Shown piece by piece: positions 58,928-64,000 of a DNA stretch of 64,000 nucleotides. Source of the stretch: Eledone cirrhosa. Its lineage: Eukaryota. The stretch covers positions 40,858,001-40,922,000 of the forward strand of contig OZ024746.1 of NCBI GenBank assembly GCA_964016885.1. The letters run 5' to 3'. The notes under the pieces were generated by a model, which was not told where the DNA came from, did no database searches, and was given only the letters and a program-made list of their open reading frames with translations. Both the position numbers and the translations under genes were made by a program. Position 1 is the first letter of the stretch, and each line of letters begins with the position of its first letter.

Positions 58928-59759
58928 ACTATTGTATTTTTGCGGTAATGGCTTTATCTCACATAATTTCGAATCTATGAGATTTTTATATTATTTATTT
59001 TGAGAACAATACTTTAACATCAGTATGAGTGGCCAGTTACAGCCAGTTTAAATCCAAATGGGTTAAAGTGAGTGTTGTAGTTTGCTTGAAGCATTGTGGG
59101 ATATGAAAAGTGTGGGTGTAAATTTTAAAGCAATAAAATCAGGAAAAGAGAAAGAAATAAGCCACAGATAATGTTACCATGGAAATATTTATTAGTAACA
59201 TTATCTCTGATTCTTGTTTTCCTCAACTTTTCCCAAATTTGTTGCCTTAATATTTACAACCCCACTTGCATTGTAGTAGCTTTCTAAACATAACCACTAT
59301 TTAGGGCAGTGGATTAGTAGTATTGGTACAGCATTGGACAACATGATTTGCAGCATATAGTTACAGCCCTGTACATTCTGAGTTCAAATCCTACCAAGGT
59401 TAGTTTTGCCTTTCATTCTTACGGGGTTGATAAAATAAAGCACCAGCAATGCACTGGGGTCAATTTAATTGACTTTCTCCCCCCTTGAACGAATTTAAGC
59501 TTTTTTTTTCTCCTTCAGTACAAGCAGACCTATCTATGCAGTGGCCTAGTGCTTAGTCTGTTGAAAATCTAAAACCAGAGGTGCTATTGTTCATAAATTA
59601 AGAATAATTTTTCAGCAAAAATGTAAAACATTTGGTTTGTGATTATTTTGAATAGACAAATAAAGGAATGATGCTGAGAATAAATTAGCAGAGCAAGATA
59701 TACATATATTATATATATATGGTAAAGGATGGGTTCTGCCAGGTTTAAAATGTCAGAAC

Positions 59760-60170
59760 AGTGCTCCCACAACTCCATCATTACATGCACTATGCTATGA
59801 TGATGAACTAAGCTTTTGGTACACAACCATTTTAGTAGTAGTGGAGTTAAAGTAAATATAGTTAGTGTATTTGTAGGCAAATGGATGGACACAAACCAAC
59901 AAAGGAAATTTATCTTGACTAACTTAATGCAGTTCTTATCAAGAGATTGTGTATTGCTTACATGGCATGTATGGGCAGTAGTGACATTAATTTCTGGTTG
60001 TAGTTGTGGTAAGAGTGCAGAATATTTGTTCAGCTTAATTTTGTCTACAGATACATCAGATGTGTTGACCCATGTGAGTGAAAATGAGTTAGATGGAAAC
60101 CTGTCAGATGGACTACACCTGTAATTCAAAGGGTCAGTCTTGTCATGCTGAATCTTCCTGAGAATTATGG
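59760..60170 (-). mobile_element. Highly degenerate CR1/Jockey-like RT fragment
   Basis: HDKTDPLNYR resembles KGDKTDPSNYRPISL. Confidence 0.4.
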
Positions 60171-61160
60171 CTGTTAAGTGGTTGTAGTAATGCCATGATG
60201 AAAAATAGCCAGTCCATCTTGTAATGTGGTGGTGCAAGAGTCATGGAAAAATGCCCTCAATGCATGTAAAATGGTTGGCATTAGGAAAGGCATAGAAACC
60301 ATGCCCAAAATGGAACATACAAGCAAGGCATGATCACCTAATTGGTTCAGCTTCAGAATTTGACAACCTATCTAAATATGGAAAATAGACATTAAATGGT
60401 GATGATGATGTCTGTAGAATACTAAGCCACTTTCACATTAATTTAATGAATAAGCTGTTCTGTTGACTGAACAACTGGAACACTTATTGTCAAAACTGTG
60501 AGGATTAAGATATAGATCTTAATCCTCACAAAAAGATTTTAAATATTTTTACAAAATGGGGGACATGCCTGTGTACTTCACATTCGTTTTTTCCATATTG
60601 CTCTGACTCATATAAACCGGTTTTATATTAGAGCAATATGAGTATTATGCTTTTATCAGGAGCACAACACAACAGCTCTAGTGGATCTCTTGGTTTTGAC
60701 AATGAGTGTTCCATTTATTCAATTAATGGAATAAAGCTATTGTAAAATTAATGTGTAACTAGCTGAGTATTCCACAGACATGTGCACCTGTAACAAAATT
60801 CTCAGCAAGATTCAGTGTGACAAAGTGTGATAAAGTTAACCCTTTGAGTTAAAGGTAAGGTCTGTCTGTCAGATTTCCAACCAGTTTCCATTTACCCAAT
60901 TTCACTCACATGGCTTGGGGTCTACTTGATGTTAGACCAAAAGACCATGCAACAGAATCAAACCTGAATCCTCATGATTGTGAAGTGAACTTCTTAACCA
61001 TTTGGCTATGCTGCATCCACACTCAATTGTTCTGGTAGTAAGTTATAAACTTGCAATCCTATCTAGTCAATAAAGGGAATTTTATCAAGAGAAAATATGG
61101 ATCGTAAAAGTGAAAAAATACATAAGGAAAATATTTTTCATAAAAAAAAATGGAACGTAC

Positions 61161-61476
61161 CTGAAAAAGTTCTTTATTACAGCAGAGCGGGCATTTAAAA
61201 AAGTGAAGTCCAGCAGCCAATGCTTGACGTTGGATACAGGTACGATGAAACCAAGTATTCTTGCAGCAGGGTGCTCGCAGTGTGTCATTAGAGGCACGTG
61301 CTTCTACAGCATTCATACAAATCACACACATACTGTTGGCAGTTCCAAAGAAAGACAGCCGATCACTCACTTGACTTGCTTGTCGAGGTCTATGACTGGG
61401 ACAGAATGAACTATACGAGTCAAAATATTGATTCAAGGCACCAGCCTTTTGACCACATCCAAAGTGGAAAACTTTA
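61161..61476 (-). CDS. G2E3: Internal exon of the G2E3/PHF7-like gene (end of ePHD plus RING/PHD2)
   Basis: ttcacag| acceptor, cag|gtacgt donor, phase 0 into 53387. KVFHFGC..SFCPSHRPRQ..CVICM..PCCKNTWFHRTCIQRQALAAGLHFFKCPLCCNKELFQ. I found no upstream exons in 61477-64000, so they probably lie beyond the window. Confidence 0.9.
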
Positions 61477-62826
61477 CTGTGAAAATGAAAAGAAAGAAAC
61501 AAGCAATTAGTATACTGACAAGACTTGTTGGAATGAAGATTTCAATAAAATTCGATCAGATAGAAAGTACATTGAAGTTTAACTCTTAGCATCCTGTAAT
61601 GATTTAGCAGAACATATCTAAAAATGGGTTTGTTAATTCAAATATTTACAGTACCTTTACTACTGAACAGATCATTGTGGAAATTTGCAATGCTAGAGTA
61701 AGGACTTCAACTTTTAATATGATGCAGTCATAGTGCTGTTTTGTTCTTTTCAAATATGCCTTGCTAATGTGATTTTGTGTTATAAGGGATGTAAAGAGTT
61801 AAGCAAGGCGACATCATGATCAATTTTTAATGTGATGCAGTCATAGTACTGTTTTTTTTCTTTTTAAATGTGCCTTTGCTACTGTAGTTTCATGTGGTAC
61901 AGGATGTAAAGAGTTAAGCAAGGCGCCATCATGACCATCACTTTAAGCATAATTTTCAGTAGTGTTTTTCAATGTTGGAAGAAGTAATTAAGGACTCTGT
62001 CCTCACAACCCTCCCAGGAATAAATGAGAGAAATAGTAGTAGTAATGGTATTATTGAATGTTATAATATGATGCAGTATTTTTCCTCATCCATATTATTG
62101 ATATGAGATGAACTTGCTTAACCTAACATTCCCATAAGGCAATACAGTAATGGTATTCAAAATAATTATCAGTATTAACAACTCATTACAAAGATCATAT
62201 CACAAGATAATATTAACCAGCATTGAGGTTAGCTTTGCCTTACATCCTTATGAGGTTGATAAAATAAAGTACCAGCAGTGTACTGGGGTCAATTTAATTG
62301 AGCCCCCCCCCCCCCCCCCCCCCATCTCAAAATTGCTGGCTTTGTGCCTAAATCAGAAACCATTAATTATACAGAAAAGGACAATTATAAAACATTATTG
62401 ATGTTTTTATATTCACTATTCCATGCTGGCATGGGTTTGGACAGGATGGTTTAAGACAATGTTTTACACTGTGATGCTCTTTCTGATGTCAACACTTTCA
62501 GTCGCATCTTATGATACTGGTGAGAAGAAGTTATCCTCAAATTGGAGACCTAGGCCAAATACAACAAGGTATCACATCCAACACTTATATTTCTGCTAAT
62601 CTGCCACATTAGACTGATACTTTATTTTATCAACTTCAAAAGAATAAAATGCAAAGTTGATCCAGTGCAATGATCTACTACAAATACTACAAAACATTTT
62701 GTTCTATGTTGTAATACTGTCAATTCACCACCTTTTAGGGAAAACCCAATAAAATACTAACATTCTAGTCAATATGAGATTTAACCCTTTTGATACCAAA
62801 CTGGGCGAAACTGCTATTTATTTTAA

Positions 62827-63031
62827 CCCTTTAGCATTTACATTACTCTATATATATTATGGTATTTTTGCAATAAAAGATTTATCTCACATAATATTGA
62901 AGCTACGAAATTTTGATATTTACTTTGAGAACAATACCTTAACATCAGTATGAGTGGCTGGTTACAGCCAGTTTGAACATAAAGAGGTGAGAGAATTCTG
63001 GCTGGATATGGCCAGTTTAAATGTTAAAGGG
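62827..63031 (+). mobile_element. piggyBac-type MITE
   Basis: TTAA TSD on both sides; TIRs CCCTTTAGCATTTA / TAAATGTTAAAGGG. Other copies at ~17172-17290, ~40690-40902 (-) and 58928-59062 (partial). Confidence 0.8.
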
Positions 63032-64000
63032 TTAAAGTGTTTATATTTATCTAAAAACTGTCCATTATAATTTTATCAATGAACTTTTGTTAAGTTATGC
63101 TCCAAATTTTATTATTTTCAGGCAGTCTTTTATTAGAAATATAGCAATGAAAGGGTTAGTATTACAGAATCTGAAGACAAGCTTCTAGTCAAGGCAGATT
63201 ACTCTCAATCAAATATTACATCTTTGTTCAGTAGATCAAGCATCTCTTAGTATATCTACACAAATCCTCATCATTTAACAACTATTCTCCCTTGCTGGCA
63301 AGGGTTGGACAGGTTATCACAGATCAAGTCAGTTTTTACTTAGAGCTATTGGCAGAGTTGTTAGAACATTGGATAGAATGCTTTGTGGTATTCGTTCTGG
63401 CTCTCTAAGTTCAAATCTTGCCGAAGTCAAGTTTGCCTTTGATTCTTTCAAGGTCAATAAAAAAAAGTATCAGTCCAGAACTGGGGTCAAGTTTTCCTCT
63501 CCTTCTCTGGAAGAAATCTGCTATGTTCAGAACCAGAGAGAGATGGGATCCACCACATAAAAAATGCCCAAGAAACGCTGTATGCCACCTCCTAGGCAGG
63601 TCAAATAAGACAATACAAAGCTGGACACACCCCACATTATATTAGCTCCGGCAGTATATTGTGGACTGTGCCCAGTTATCCATGTTGGCTAGGGTTGAAC
63701 AAGGGGGTGAATTAGAGATGTGGGAGCATATTTTTCTATATCAACATTGGTTGGATGAGGAAGGTGAACTGGAGATGAGGGTGGAAGTACAATGTTGGGC
63801 GAGGAGCACATCTTTCTAAGTTGGCATGGGTTGGACGAGGAAGGGGGTGAAGGATATGAGTGGAGGTGTATTTAGATAGTGAAGAGAAGGGATAGTTGTT
63901 GAGGAAGGTGGATAGAGGGGTTGAGTGGGAGTGGAAAAAATGTTGGCTGACAGGAGCCTTAATATCACTCTACTTCTCTGCTGACCCCATGCTTGTTTCA

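Overview
AT-rich, microsatellite-saturated animal genomic DNA. The SINE/LINE repertoire and (TA)n/(CA)n density suggest a cephalopod (Octopus-like); this is an inference. Two host genes can be read directly. (1) EXOSC7/RRP42, + strand, nine GT-AG exons between 35747 and 49667, giving an 876-nt, 291-aa CDS. (2) The last two coding exons of a convergent G2E3/PHF7/pineapple-eye-like PHD/RING gene on the - strand (61161-61476 and 51666-53387), with no HECT domain. Two orphan minus-strand exon candidates (28238-28256, 10513-10619) may belong to a third gene. The rest is mostly transposon-derived. It includes a near-complete Naiad-type Penelope-like element (RT + GIY-YIG, with an inverted pseudo-LTR and a YRDD->YRGD change) and a full-length PHD-finger-bearing RTE LINE broken only by a 310-bp tandem duplication. 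There are also RTE/Expander/R4/CR1-Jockey fragments, a Helitron nest, a hAT fossil, a Gypsy 3' remnant, mariner and piggyBac MITEs, and many SINEs. The most unusual pattern is about a dozen short fold-back palindromes and hammerhead-ribozyme-like motifs sitting in or next to (TA)n tracts, which look like heavily truncated or non-autonomous Penelope-like insertions.
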